NCBI GenBank assembly: GCA_016297495.1
Contig: JAEDGN010000002.1
Location: 12,443 to 76,442 of the forward strand
Length of the DNA: 64,000 bases
Reading direction: 5' to 3'
From: Coprococcus sp.
GTDB taxonomy: Bacteria; Bacillota; Clostridia; Lachnospirales; Lachnospiraceae
Shown here: in pieces, positions 20,524 through 30,663 of the stretch
How the letters are laid out: every line of letters starts with the position of its first letter
Position numbering within the stretch: position 1 is the first letter of the stretch
Notes under the pieces: model-generated
Seen by the model: the letters and a program-made list of their open reading frames with translations, nothing else
The model's database searches: none
Told to the model about the DNA's origin: nothing
Program-made: the position numbers and the translations under genes

Positions 20524-20651
20524 ATATTGATGGAGGAAAAGAGAATAAGAAGATTGTTGTACTGGATGGTTATACGGAAAATCCCGGAGATTTTTTATTG
20601 TCAAAATACGGAAAGGTCTTCTCAAAAACGGTCAATGGCGTATAATTATAA

Positions 20652-20668
20652 TTAACCGGAGCGGTCAA
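20652..20668 (+). promoter_or_regulatory. Putative TetR operator
   Basis: Imperfect palindrome TTAACCG-gag-CGGTCAA just downstream of TATAAT boxes and upstream of the tetR RBS; a half-site CGGTCAA recurs at about 20629. Confidence 0.5.
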
Positions 20669-20680
20669 TGGGAGGGGCCT

Positions 20681-21298
20681 ATGAACGAAAAATTCTTTGA
20701 TCTGCCGAAGGAGAAGCGGCAGCGGATCATCAATGCAGGCTATAAGGTGTTCAGTCAGAACAGTTACAAAAAGAGTCCTGTGGGTGAGATTGCGGCGGAA
20801 GCGGGTATTAGTAAATCATTGTTGTTTCATTATTTTCATAATAAGAAGGAACTGTATCTGTTTATATGGGAGGAAGCAGCCCGTGTGACAAGGGAGGTTA
20901 TGATAGAGGAGCGCTGTTATGAACCAAAGAGCCTTTTTGATATGATGGAACGGGGACTGGAGGCCAAGATGAAGATCATGCGGGAGTACCCGGATCTGAC
21001 AGCTTTTACAATGAAGGCTTTTTATGAGAAGGATCCGAATGTTGCACCTGCCATTCGGGAAAGCTATCAGAGACATGTATATGAAAAGGATGGAAGATTT
21101 TATCTGGAAATTAATCCGGAGGAATTTCGTCCCGATATCGACCTGGGGATGATGTATCAGGAAATGTACTGGGCAGCGGAAGGCTATATGTGGGAAATGA
21201 TCCAGAAAGGAGATCCGGATTGGGACAAGGTTGAGAAGGATTTCAGGAGAATGATGGATTTCTGGAAAAAAATATATCTGAGGGAGGGAAATGAATGA
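20681..21298 (+). CDS. TetR/AcrR family regulator
   Basis: IAAEAGISKSLLFHYFHNKKELY HTH. Confidence 0.92.
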   Translation: MNEKFFDLPKEKRQRIINAGYKVFSQNSYKKSPVGEIAAEAGISKSLLFHYFHNKKELYLFIWEEAARVTREVMIEERCYEPKSLFDMMERGLEAKMKIMREYPDLTAFTMKAFYEKDPNVAPAIRESYQRHVYEKDGRFYLEINPEEFRPDIDLGMMYQEMYWAAEGYMWEMIQKGDPDWDKVEKDFRRMMDFWKKIYLREGNE

Positions 21299-22188
21299 AT
21301 ACCGTCATAAGAACAGAAAATCTGACAAAATATTATGGGAAACACAGGGGTATTGTTAACCTTGATCTGAATGTGGAGAATGGGGAAATATTCGGGTTCA
21401 TCGGACCTAATGGTGCGGGAAAGAGTACCACCATCAGAATATTACTTGGGCTTATATCCGCGGATTCGGGATGCGGGGAGATACTGGGGCATGATGTAGG
21501 CACAGGAAACCGGGATTATTTGCAGAATGTGGGGTATATGCCATCGGAAGCCATGTTTTATGGCAGGATGAAGGTGCGGGATGTAATCGCTTTTTCTGCG
21601 GGACTTCGAAAGAAGGATTGCTTGGCAGAGGCGAAGAGACTCTGTGAACGTCTGAATCTGGATACGGGCAGAAGGATCGATGAGCTGTCTCTCGGAAATC
21701 GAAAGAAGGTCGCCATTGTCTGTGCTATGCAGCATCAGCCGCAGCTATACATCTTTGATGAACCGACCAGCGGCCTGGATCCGCTGATTCAGAAGGAATT
21801 TTTTGATCTGATTCAGGAGAAAAAGAGAGAGGGAGCAACGGTATTTCTGTCTTCCCATGTGTTGTCAGAGATCCAGCATCACTGCAGCAGGGCGGCCATT
21901 ATCAGGGAAGGGAAAATGATTGCCTGTGACAAGGTGGAAAATCTGACGAAGACGACGGCACGCCGCGTGACGCTTCACGGGATATCGCAGATGCCGGAGG
22001 GACTGGAAGGAAGATCCGTGAATCCGGGGGATCATATGATCAGTTTCCTTTATCAGGGGGATATCAGGCAATTACTCCGTCAGCTGTCTGCGCTTCCTTT
22101 GAACGATCTGACCATTACAGAGCCGGAACTGGAAGAAGTATTTCTGCATTATTATCAGGGGGAGGGAACAGAAAATGACAATCTTTAA
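21295..22188 (+). CDS. ABC transporter ATP-binding protein
   Basis: GPNGAGKST, LSLGN, IFDEPTSGLD, SSH. Confidence 0.93.
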   Translation: MNTVIRTENLTKYYGKHRGIVNLDLNVENGEIFGFIGPNGAGKSTTIRILLGLISADSGCGEILGHDVGTGNRDYLQNVGYMPSEAMFYGRMKVRDVIAFSAGLRKKDCLAEAKRLCERLNLDTGRRIDELSLGNRKKVAIVCAMQHQPQLYIFDEPTSGLDPLIQKEFFDLIQEKKREGATVFLSSHVLSEIQHHCSRAAIIREGKMIACDKVENLTKTTARRVTLHGISQMPEGLEGRSVNPGDHMISFLYQGDIRQLLRQLSALPLNDLTITEPELEEVFLHYYQGEGTENDNL

Positions 22189-22963
22189 AAAAGAAATGAA
22201 ACAGGGCTTGATGTCTCTGGGAATCTGGACTGTGGCAACGGCTTTTATGGTTGTTATCTGTGTGGTATTGTTCCCGGAGATGAAAGGGCAGATGGAGGAT
22301 GTGACTGATCTCTTTGCCAATATGGGGGGATTTACAGCGGCCTTTGGTATGGACCGGGTGAGCTTTGGTGATATGATGGGATTTTATGCCGTTGAATGTG
22401 GAAATATCCTTGGTATTGGCGGCGGATTCTATGCAGCATTTCTGGGGATATCCATTCTGGCCAGTGAAGAAAAGGATCGCACAGCTGAATTTCTGCTCAG
22501 TCATCCGGTGAGCAGGATCCGTGTGCTTTCGGAGAAATTGATGGCTGTAATTGTACAGATACTGATATTTAATCTTGTGGTTGTTATCAGCAGTGCTCTT
22601 TCTATCAGGGGGATCGGAGAATCTGTGGACTGGGAGATATTTGCCCTTCTGCATCTGGCTTTCTTTGTTCTGCAGCTGGAGCTGGGCTGTATCTGCTTCG
22701 GTATTTCAGCTTTCCTTAAGAGGGGCGGACTTGGCATAGGTCTCGGGCTTGCAATGGTATTTTATTTTGTCAATATTATTTATAATATATCCGATGATCT
22801 CAGCTTTATGAAATATCTGACGCCTTATGCCTATGCAGAAGCCTCCTCAATCGTAGCAGATGCAAAACTGAATCTGCCGCTTATGGGAATTGGTATTGCA
22901 GTGGGCATCATCGGTGCTGCTGTGGGATACATCCAATATAGCAGAAAGGATATTGCTGCATAA
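22175..22963 (+). CDS. ABC-2 type transporter permease
   Basis: Six TM, EEKDRTAEFLLSHPVSR, C-terminal RKDI; overlaps ATPase gene. Confidence 0.88.
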   Translation: MTIFKKEMKQGLMSLGIWTVATAFMVVICVVLFPEMKGQMEDVTDLFANMGGFTAAFGMDRVSFGDMMGFYAVECGNILGIGGGFYAAFLGISILASEEKDRTAEFLLSHPVSRIRVLSEKLMAVIVQILIFNLVVVISSALSIRGIGESVDWEIFALLHLAFFVLQLELGCICFGISAFLKRGGLGIGLGLAMVFYFVNIIYNISDDLSFMKYLTPYAYAEASSIVADAKLNLPLMGIGIAVGIIGAAVGYIQYSRKDIAA

Positions 22964-23064
22964 GGTAAAATATATTTTTATATAATTTTAATACCCGGAG
23001 CCATTCATTTACGCGGAATTTATTTATTCAGTTGTACAATGAAAGCAGATGGGAGGGAAATAAA

Positions 23065-23205
23065 ATGACAGTAATTTTATTTTCGATGGCATTTGCAGGT
23101 ATGGGTATTCTGGGGTATCTTCTTATGAGAAGAATCGATGGTTTTCTGACGGATAATCTTCGGGAAATTCACGGGCTGGAGCCGCAGGAACATAAAAATA
23201 AATAA
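23065..23205 (+). CDS. Small single-TM protein, 46 aa (not in ORF track)
   Basis: MTVILFSMAFAGMGILGYLLMRRIDGFLTDNLREIHGLEPQEHKNK; RBS GGGAGG, upstream TGTACAAT -10-like box, downstream hairpin. Confidence 0.6.
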   Translation: MTVILFSMAFAGMGILGYLLMRRIDGFLTDNLREIHGLEPQEHKNK

Positions 23206-23215
23206 GTCATACATA

Positions 23216-23259
23216 AAACAGGAGCGAATCAGTGGAATCGGGCTGATTGGCTCCTGTTT
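23216..23259. terminator. Terminator hairpin
   Basis: AAACAGGAGCGAATCAG...CTGATTGGCTCCTGTTT. Confidence 0.65.
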
Positions 23260-23265
23260 AGATTA

Positions 23266-23726
23266 TTAAGTATGTTTTTTGTGTGATCTGCAAATGCATG
23301 TTGAATTGTCTCCATGATTTATATCGATCCATAAAATATTGAAAACAGCTCCTTTCATATATCCGTAAATTCGATGGGTGGCTGTTAACCTCAAGGATAT
23401 CAAAGATTCTGCTTCTATATATAACTCAATAAGTCTGTCTGATGCTATTTTATTTAAATCTTTCACATTAATAGAATGATTTCTTTTTTGGCATCAATTA
23501 AAATATTTCCCCAAGTTTGAGATTCCCAAGCTTGAAAATGAGGTAATATCTCTTTCCAAAATATTTCATGGACTTTATCTGAATATAGGCTCCAGTATTT
23601 TGGATCACAACTCGAAAAATTCCAAGAGGGATGTTGTGTGTAATATTGGTCAGGATTACCACCCTGACCAATATGATTACCTATAGGTTCTTTCGTTTGT
23701 TTGATTCTTTTTTTAGAGTCCGCCAT
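23266..23726 (-). pseudogene. Putative toxin partner of Panacea antitoxin, split by a 1-nt frameshift near 23481-23489
   Basis: ORFs 23726-23463 and 23466-23266 join into a 153-aa protein (...AKKxNHSINVKDLNK...SLRLTATHRIYG...ILWID..H) if one A is added at GCC AAA AAA GAA ATC; overlaps the antitoxin stop. Confidence 0.65.
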
Positions 23727-24144
23727 AATAAAGTGCCATGCTTTCTTTAGATATTATTCGATTGCAGCCTGCACCAGCAGGAATGCCTACACGAGCTTCA
23801 TTCCATGGATCCTCCATATGTGTCAGTTGGCTAAGCCATTGGGCATTATGATTCCCATAGTGTTCTAAAACCTTATCGATAGTATCTTTTTCATTATCGG
23901 TCAAATCTCCATTACCACCTGTTTCATCAGCGGAAGAAACAGAATATTGTCCTTGTGTTTTAAAAAATAATTCTCTGCATACAGGGCCATTTGCCCAAGC
24001 CTCGAAGTCTTCATCAAATAGAGGGGTATCATCCCAAACTAAAGCCCAAGCCTGTGCGTAATAGCATAGTTTTTGTAATTTCATTGTAGACATAGTTCCT
24101 TTTTTTTCAAGAATATATTTTGCTACATCAAAAATATTTGCCAT
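23713..24144 (-). CDS. Panacea-domain (DUF4065/SocA/GepA-like) antitoxin
   Basis: MKLQKLCYYAQ, FEAWANGPV, LSQLTHMEDPW motifs; AT-rich context. Confidence 0.88.
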   Translation of the reverse strand: MANIFDVAKYILEKKGTMSTMKLQKLCYYAQAWALVWDDTPLFDEDFEAWANGPVCRELFFKTQGQYSVSSADETGGNGDLTDNEKDTIDKVLEHYGNHNAQWLSQLTHMEDPWNEARVGIPAGAGCNRIISKESMALYYGGL

Positions 24145-24339
24145 TGTGCTCTCCCCTTTCTTGATTATAGATCTATAATATCGTTACTGTTGTTTAAATG
24201 TGTTGATTATTTTTTAACAAAATCGAATGTGTGTTCTTATATTATAAATGTAATTTTGTTTTAAGTCAATAAAAAATTATATTAACATAAATACTTTTTA
24301 TTTGTTACAGATTTTATTAATCAGAGCTTATTTGTTGAA

Positions 24340-25476
24340 TTATATTTCTGCAATCTCCCTGACTGCCTGTATGGCGATGTCTGTTTCTTCTTCTGTGTTA
24401 AAATATGAGAAGCTGAATCGAACGGCGCCCTGTCGGGCCGTTCCCATGGCCTCATGCATGAGAGGTGCGCAATGGGCGCCGGAGCGGACGCAGATTTCGT
24501 AATCTTCCCAGAGAATATCACTGACCTGGGCGGAGTTCATATTGCCGATGTTCAGAGATACGATAGGGGCTCGCAGATCTGCATCCAGGTCGCCATAGAG
24601 TGTGACCTGAGGAATGGAGGAGAGTCCCTTTATAAAGCGGCGCGCCAGCATATCCTCCTTTTTATGAATGGCAGTTACACCGGTTTTATGAATGAAATCC
24701 AGTGCAGCGTTCAGACCGGCAATACCATGTCCGTTCAATGTGCCGGCTTCCAGTGCGGCGGGCATGTCTGACGGGTGGCTTTTATCAAAGCTGTGCACAC
24801 CGCTGCCGCCTGATTTCAGTGGAGGCAGTGAGATACCTTCTCTGACATAGATGCCGCCGGTTCCCTGGGGACCCATTAGTCCTTTGTGACCTGTAAAGCA
24901 GAGGATGTCAATGCCCATTTTATTGACATCAATGGGAATGACTCCGGCAGTTTGAGAAGCGTCCACGATCAAGGTCAGACCGTGTTCCCTCGTAAATGCC
25001 GATACACGGGCAATATCCGTGACATTTCCAGTGAGATTGGAGGCATGGGTTATTACAACGGCTTTTGTATTTTTTCTCAGTGATTTTTCCAGATCATCGT
25101 AATCAATATATCCTTTTTGATCGGCATCGAGAATGGTCAAGTCTGCGCCTTCTTTTGCACAGCGGTAGAGAGGACGGAGCACGGAATTGTGCTCGCAGGC
25201 GGTGGTGATGACATGATCACCCGGCTGTACAGTGCCTCTTATGGCTGTATTCAATGCTTCTGTGGCATTGCAGGTAAAAGCGATCCTTGCGGGATCAGCA
25301 ATGCCTAATAATCGGGCCAGCTTTTCTCTTGTATCATAAATAAGCCGTGAGGCATTCAGGGTCGGTGCATGGGCGCCGCGCCCGGAATTGCCGATGGTGT
25401 GGAAGGAACGGCAGACCGCCTTTTCCACCTGGGGCGGCTTTAAAAATGAGGTTGCAGAAGCATCCATATAGATCAT
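24340..25476 (-). CDS. Cysteine desulfurase family protein (aminotransferase class V)
   Basis: YMDASATS, EHNSVLRP, DASQ, GHKGLMGP (PLP Lys), EAGTLN, RSGAHCA; start at ATG 25476 after AAAGGAG. Confidence 0.9.
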   Translation of the reverse strand: MIYMDASATSFLKPPQVEKAVCRSFHTIGNSGRGAHAPTLNASRLIYDTREKLARLLGIADPARIAFTCNATEALNTAIRGTVQPGDHVITTACEHNSVLRPLYRCAKEGADLTILDADQKGYIDYDDLEKSLRKNTKAVVITHASNLTGNVTDIARVSAFTREHGLTLIVDASQTAGVIPIDVNKMGIDILCFTGHKGLMGPQGTGGIYVREGISLPPLKSGGSGVHSFDKSHPSDMPAALEAGTLNGHGIAGLNAALDFIHKTGVTAIHKKEDMLARRFIKGLSSIPQVTLYGDLDADLRAPIVSLNIGNMNSAQVSDILWEDYEICVRSGAHCAPLMHEAMGTARQGAVRFSFSYFNTEEETDIAIQAVREIAEI

Positions 25477-25741
25477 ATATTCTATCTCCTTTTTGAGTTT
25501 ATCCTTTTTTAGTTTATTGTACATTTGTTTAACCCTGGCTGCAAGTGTAATTGGACACGTAAATACAGCTTAGGCACGTCCGGGTTGTGAAAACCCTATT
25601 TTTTTGTTACAATAGAATAGAACTTGAATCAGATAGTCTTAAATGTTCAGTATTTCCTTCGGAAGGCTGTAATCGTAGAGAGAAGGGAAAGGAATCTTTG
25701 GAGAGCATTATACAGGAAATGAGCGAATTATCAGAAGACAA

Positions 25742-26223
25742 AATGAACATTATATACGGTCAGGATGCGGTTACAAAAGAGAAGGTCACAGATTCAAGCT
25801 TTGAGATAGACAATAGTACGAATGAAAAAAATAAGAAATATCATATAGAATGCCAGAGTACTCCGGATGGAAGTATGCTTATTCGGATGTTTGAGTATGA
25901 TTCCCAGATTGCAATGGATGACGGTGAGTATAAGGAGGATCAGGAGTATCCGTGAGGGCTTCAATTTCTCGATGTGTTAAGTATATTTAAACACATTTTG
26001 AGTGGCAGTGGTGAATACGATGGGTGGCAAGGTTTTGGATTATGAGGCCAAGGATATTTTGAGAGCGGGTATACGGGAAGGTATGCAGCAGGGTGAAAAA
26101 ACGGGCGTCCTTAAGATTTTAGTGGATCTGGTGCATAAGGGAATTCTGTCTGCTTCTGATGCTGCAGTGGAAGCTGCTGAAAAAGCAAATATAGCTGAGG
26201 ATGAATTTAAGAAACTTCTATAA
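25742..26223 (+). pseudogene. Second Rpn-like / PD-(D/E)XK remnant (core fragment to 25955; C-terminal mini-ORF about 26020-26223)
   Basis: TDSSF...YHIECQSTPDGSMLIRMFEYD (D...ExQ motif) then stop; downstream MGGKVLDYEAKDILRAGIREGMQQGEKTG...LV...AA C-terminal module. Confidence 0.62.
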
Positions 26224-26370
26224 AAAATTGTATCGAAGGAAGTACTGAGATAATAATTCAAGACTCGCGGATTCAAGATTCAGTGCCCGCCCGGTCATGT
26301 AGTTGATCGGGCGGATTGTACTGTAAAAAGACTGTCACCAATATAGTGACAGCTGTTCCATAATAATTAT

Positions 26371-26388
26371 TCTGCATAAAAATACATA
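26371..26388 (+). promoter_or_regulatory. Possible ARG box (ArgR/AhrC site) upstream of carB
   Basis: TCTGCATAAAAATACATA resembles the TGCAT-N4-ATGCA ARG box consensus. Confidence 0.45.
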
Positions 26389-26467
26389 AATTTACATTTT
26401 TGTAAAAAAACTCTTGTAGGTATCATGGTTTGACATATATAATAGAGTCCGAGGAGGAATTTAAATC

Positions 26468-29400
26468 ATGGCACAGAGAACAGATATTCATAAAGTACTT
26501 ATTATCGGATCAGGTCCCATTGTCATCGGACAGGCCTGTGAGTTCGATTATTCGGGAACCCAGGCCTGCAAGGCATTGAAAAAGCTGGGTTATGAGATTG
26601 TTTTGGTGAATTCGAATCCGGCAACGATTATGACAGATCCGGAGACAGCAGACGTGACCTATATTGAACCCCTGAATGTGGAGCGTCTGGAGCAGATTAT
26701 CAAGAAGGAACGCCCTGACGCTCTTCTGCCGAACCTGGGCGGACAGTCCGGGCTTAATTTATGCGCTGAATTGAATAAAGCGGGAATTCTGGACAAATAC
26801 AATGTCAAGGTCATTGGAGTCCAGGTGGATGCCATCGAACGCGGTGAAGACCGCATTGAATTCAAAAATGCCATGAATAAGCTTGGCATTGAAATGGCAA
26901 GGAGCGAAGTGGCCTACAGTGTGGAGGAAGCGCTTGAGATTGCTGACAGACTGGATTATCCGGTGGTACTGCGCCCGGCTTATACCATGGGCGGCGCCGG
27001 CGGCGGTCTTGTCTATAATAAAGAGGAATTGAAGACGGTATGTGCCAGAGGTCTGCAGGCCAGCCTGGTGGGTCAGGTTCTGGTGGAGGAATCCATCCTT
27101 GGATGGGAGGAGCTGGAGCTGGAGGTTGTCCGAGACAAGGACAACAATATGATTACCGTATGCTTTATTGAAAATATTGACCCATTGGGTGTGCATACAG
27201 GAGATTCTTTTTGTGCCGCCCCAATGCTGACTATTTCTGAGGAGTGTCAGAAGCGGCTGCAGGAACAGGCCTATAAGATTGTTGAGTCCGTGCAGGTGAT
27301 CGGCGGCACCAATGTACAGTTTGCTCATGACCCGGTATCGGACCGAATTATTGTTATCGAGATCAATCCGCGTACGTCCCGTTCATCAGCATTGGCTTCC
27401 AAGGCAACGGGGTTCCCGATTGCCCTTGTATCTGCCATGCTGGCTACCGGTCTGACATTGAAGGATATTCCTTGCGGCAAATATGGTACGCTGGATAAAT
27501 ATGTACCGGACGGAGATTATGTTGTTATCAAGTTTGCACGCTGGGCTTTCGAGAAGTTCAAAGGTGTGGAAGACAAACTGGGGACTCAGATGCGCGCTGT
27601 AGGCGAGGTCATGAGTATCGGCAAGAATTATAAAGAAGCTTTTCAGAAGGCTATCCGCAGTCTGGAGACAGGACGTTACGGCCTGGGACATGTGAAGAAT
27701 TATGACAGCATGACAAAGGATGAACTGCTGCAGCGTCTTATCACTCCGTCCAGCGATCGTCATTTTATCATGTATGAGGCATTGAGGAAGGGAGCCACAA
27801 CAGAAGAAATCTATCAGTTGACAAAGGTAAAGACTTATTTTATCGATCAGATGCGCGAGCTGGTGGAGGAAGAAGAGGAACTGCTGAAGTCAAAAGGTTC
27901 CCTTCCTTCGGATGAACTTCTGATTTCCGCTAAAAAGGACGGTTTTTCTGATAAGTATCTGAGCCAGCTTCTTGAGATTCCAGAGGATACCATCCGTGAG
28001 CAGCGTATTGCCCTTGGTGTGGAAGAAGCCTGGGAAGGTGTCCATGTCAGCGGTACCGAAAACAGCGCCTATTATTATTCCACCTACAATGCAGCGGATA
28101 AGAATCCGGTTTCGGAGGATAAGCCAAAGATCATGATCCTTGGCGGCGGCCCGAACCGTATCGGACAGGGCATCGAGTTTGACTACTGCTGTGTACATGC
28201 TTCCCTGGCATTGAAGAAACTCGGATTCGAGACGATTATTGTCAACTGTAATCCGGAAACAGTTTCAACGGATTATGATACATCTGATAAATTGTACTTT
28301 GAACCGCTGACACTGGAAGATGTGCTGAGCATATACAAGAAAGAGAAGCCATTGGGCGTTATTGCACAGTTTGGAGGACAGACACCGCTGAATCTGGCAG
28401 CCGACCTGGAAAAGAACGGTGTGAAGATTCTTGGTACCTCCCCTTCTGTTATTGATCTGGCAGAGGATCGTGATCTGTTCCGTGCCATGATGGACAAGCT
28501 GGAGATTCCGATGCCGGAATCCGGGATGGCTACAACAGTGGAAGAGGCGCTGGCTATTGCTGCTGAGATCGGTTATCCGGTCATGGTGCGGCCATCTTAT
28601 GTTCTTGGCGGACGCGGCATGGAAGTGGTTTATGATGATGAGAGCATGACTGGCTATATGGAGGCTGCAGTTGGTGTGACACCGGATCGTCCGATTCTCA
28701 TTGACCGTTTCCTGAATCATGCGATGGAGTGTGAAGCTGATGCTATCAGCGACGGTACTCATGCCTTTGTGCCGGCAGTTATGGAACATATCGAACTGGC
28801 AGGCGTTCATTCCGGTGATTCCGCATGTATCATTCCATCACAGCATATATCCGATGAAAATGTGGCTACCATCAAGGAATATACACGAAAGATTGCGGAA
28901 GAAATGCATGTCAGAGGTCTTATGAATATGCAGTATGCCATTGAGAACGGCAGGGTTTATGTGCTGGAGGCTAATCCGAGAGCTTCCCGTACAGTGCCTC
29001 TCGTATCCAAGGTCTGCAATATCCGTATGGTGCCGATTGCAACGGATATCATTACTTCCGAATTGACAGGAAGACCGTCACCGGTACCGGCTCTGAAAGA
29101 GCAGGAGATTCCTTATTATGGCGTGAAGGAAGCGGTATTCCCGTTCAATATGTTCCCGGAGGTGGATCCGCTTCTCGGACCGGAGATGCGTTCCACCGGC
29201 GAGGTTCTGGGGCTGTCTGCATCCAGCGGTGAAGCCTTCTATAAGGCACAGGAGGCTGCGTCATTGAAACTGCCGATGGAGGGGACAGTGCTCATCTCTG
29301 TAAACCGTAAAGATAAAGCAGAGGTTGCGGAGGTCGCAAAGAAATTCCATGAGGATGGTTTCAGAATCGTGGCAACGGGCAATACCTGTGATTTGATCAA

Positions 29401-29698
29401 TGCTGCCGGTATCCCTGCAGAAAAGGTGAAGAAAATCTATGAAGGCAGGCCGAATGTTCTGGATATGATCACCAATGGAAGGATCGATCTGGTGGTTAAT
29501 TCACCGGTAGGTAAGGAGGGTGTTCATGATGACAGCTATCTGCGTAAGGCTGCCATTAAAGCAAAGATCCCTTATATGACCACCATTGCTGCAGCCAGAG
29601 CAACGGCAGAAGGCATTGGTTATGTGAAAGCTCACAGGGAGGATGATGAAGTGGTCAAATCGCTTCAGCAGCTCCATAGTGAAATAAAGGATAAATAA
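26468..29698 (+). CDS. carB: Carbamoyl-phosphate synthase large subunit
   Basis: GSGPIVIGQACEFDYSG, duplicated ATP-grasp halves (GQGIEFDYCCVH, EANPRASRT), C-terminal MGS domain. Confidence 0.97.
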   Translation: MAQRTDIHKVLIIGSGPIVIGQACEFDYSGTQACKALKKLGYEIVLVNSNPATIMTDPETADVTYIEPLNVERLEQIIKKERPDALLPNLGGQSGLNLCAELNKAGILDKYNVKVIGVQVDAIERGEDRIEFKNAMNKLGIEMARSEVAYSVEEALEIADRLDYPVVLRPAYTMGGAGGGLVYNKEELKTVCARGLQASLVGQVLVEESILGWEELELEVVRDKDNNMITVCFIENIDPLGVHTGDSFCAAPMLTISEECQKRLQEQAYKIVESVQVIGGTNVQFAHDPVSDRIIVIEINPRTSRSSALASKATGFPIALVSAMLATGLTLKDIPCGKYGTLDKYVPDGDYVVIKFARWAFEKFKGVEDKLGTQMRAVGEVMSIGKNYKEAFQKAIRSLETGRYGLGHVKNYDSMTKDELLQRLITPSSDRHFIMYEALRKGATTEEIYQLTKVKTYFIDQMRELVEEEEELLKSKGSLPSDELLISAKKDGFSDKYLSQLLEIPEDTIREQRIALGVEEAWEGVHVSGTENSAYYYSTYNAADKNPVSEDKPKIMILGGGPNRIGQGIEFDYCCVHASLALKKLGFETIIVNCNPETVSTDYDTSDKLYFEPLTLEDVLSIYKKEKPLGVIAQFGGQTPLNLAADLEKNGVKILGTSPSVIDLAEDRDLFRAMMDKLEIPMPESGMATTVEEALAIAAEIGYPVMVRPSYVLGGRGMEVVYDDESMTGYMEAAVGVTPDRPILIDRFLNHAMECEADAISDGTHAFVPAVMEHIELAGVHSGDSACIIPSQHISDENVATIKEYTRKIAEEMHVRGLMNMQYAIENGRVYVLEANPRASRTVPLVSKVCNIRMVPIATDIITSELTGRPSPVPALKEQEIPYYGVKEAVFPFNMFPEVDPLLGPEMRSTGEVLGLSASSGEAFYKAQEAASLKLPMEGTVLISVNRKDKAEVAEVAKKFHEDGFRIVATGNTCDLINAAGIPAEKVKKIYEGRPNVLDMITNGRIDLVVNSPVGKEGVHDDSYLRKAAIKAKIPYMTTIAAARATAEGIGYVKAHREDDEVVKSLQQLHSEIKDK

Positions 29699-29704
29699 AT
29701 CCAC

Positions 29705-29781
29705 CCCCTGTTTTGGTGAACCCCATTCTGAAAACATGCTCATCGCAAATCGTTTTCAGAATGGGGTCACCAAAACAGGGG
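29705..29781. repeat. Long hairpin with conserved 16-nt loop (copy 1)
   Basis: CCCCTGTTTTGGTGA-a-CCCCATTCTGAAAAC [ATGCTCATCGCAAATC] GTTTTCAGAATGGGG-TCACCAAAACAGGGG between convergent carB and araC. Confidence 0.85.
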
Positions 29782-29787
29782 CTTTAT

Positions 29788-30663
29788 TTAATTATATTTA
29801 ACAGGCTGCATATCGCGGTAATCTTTTGGTGAGATACCGTACTCCTTTTTGAAAGCACGGTAAAAGCTGGAGTAATCACCAAATCCAAAGGTCTGATAGA
29901 CTTCAGTGATACCGGCTTTCCCTAAAATGGCTTCCCTGCAAAGGGCAAGCCTTTTTTTGGTTATATACTGATGGATGGAAATGCCGAGATGATCTTTAAA
30001 AACATGGGCAATATGGTATTTGCTCACATAAAATTCTTCGGCAAGGGTTTCAAGTGAAAGATTTTCATCCAGATGTTCTTCTATATATTCTGTAATCTGC
30101 TGGTACAGATCCAGCTCTTCCCGCTGTGAGCGGGGTACATTTCTTGCATAAATCATGCGGTTCAGGCAAAGAACAAGATCGTTGACGCATAAAGATATCT
30201 GAGCGTCCCGGCCGAAATGATCGGAATGCATTTCTTCAAGAAGCCGAAGAATCTTCGACTGGACATTGTTGAAGGATATCTTGTCATTGTTAAAGACGTA
30301 GTTTTTGCTGGCCTGAACATATTCCATCAAATAAATATAATCCGGAGACAGCTGTCTGAGATGATCACAATATTCACGGCTGATCCAGAACACAAAGCGC
30401 CTGTAAGGGACCTCCGTACTGTGGATGATCGGATGATGGGGAACTCCCGGCGGCATAAGAAGAATATCCTCGTGTCTGATAGGGAAAATATCATTTCCGA
30501 TTTGAATACTGATATCCCCTTCAAGGAAAAAATAAAATTCATAATAATTATGGCTGTGCAGGTTAACTTTAGAAAGATTATGGTCATTATAATAATAAAT
30601 TTCGAAGTCCTGAGACACCATATACTGACGGGTAATAAATGTTGACTGAAGTTTTTTCTTCAT
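29788..30663 (-). CDS. AraC family regulator (cupin + HTH), divergent from hexuronate operon
   Basis: HSHNYYEFYFFLEG cupin; GFGDYSSFYRAFKKEYGISP; start at ATG 30663. Confidence 0.92.
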   Translation of the reverse strand: MKKKLQSTFITRQYMVSQDFEIYYYNDHNLSKVNLHSHNYYEFYFFLEGDISIQIGNDIFPIRHEDILLMPPGVPHHPIIHSTEVPYRRFVFWISREYCDHLRQLSPDYIYLMEYVQASKNYVFNNDKISFNNVQSKILRLLEEMHSDHFGRDAQISLCVNDLVLCLNRMIYARNVPRSQREELDLYQQITEYIEEHLDENLSLETLAEEFYVSKYHIAHVFKDHLGISIHQYITKKRLALCREAILGKAGITEVYQTFGFGDYSSFYRAFKKEYGISPKDYRDMQPVKYN

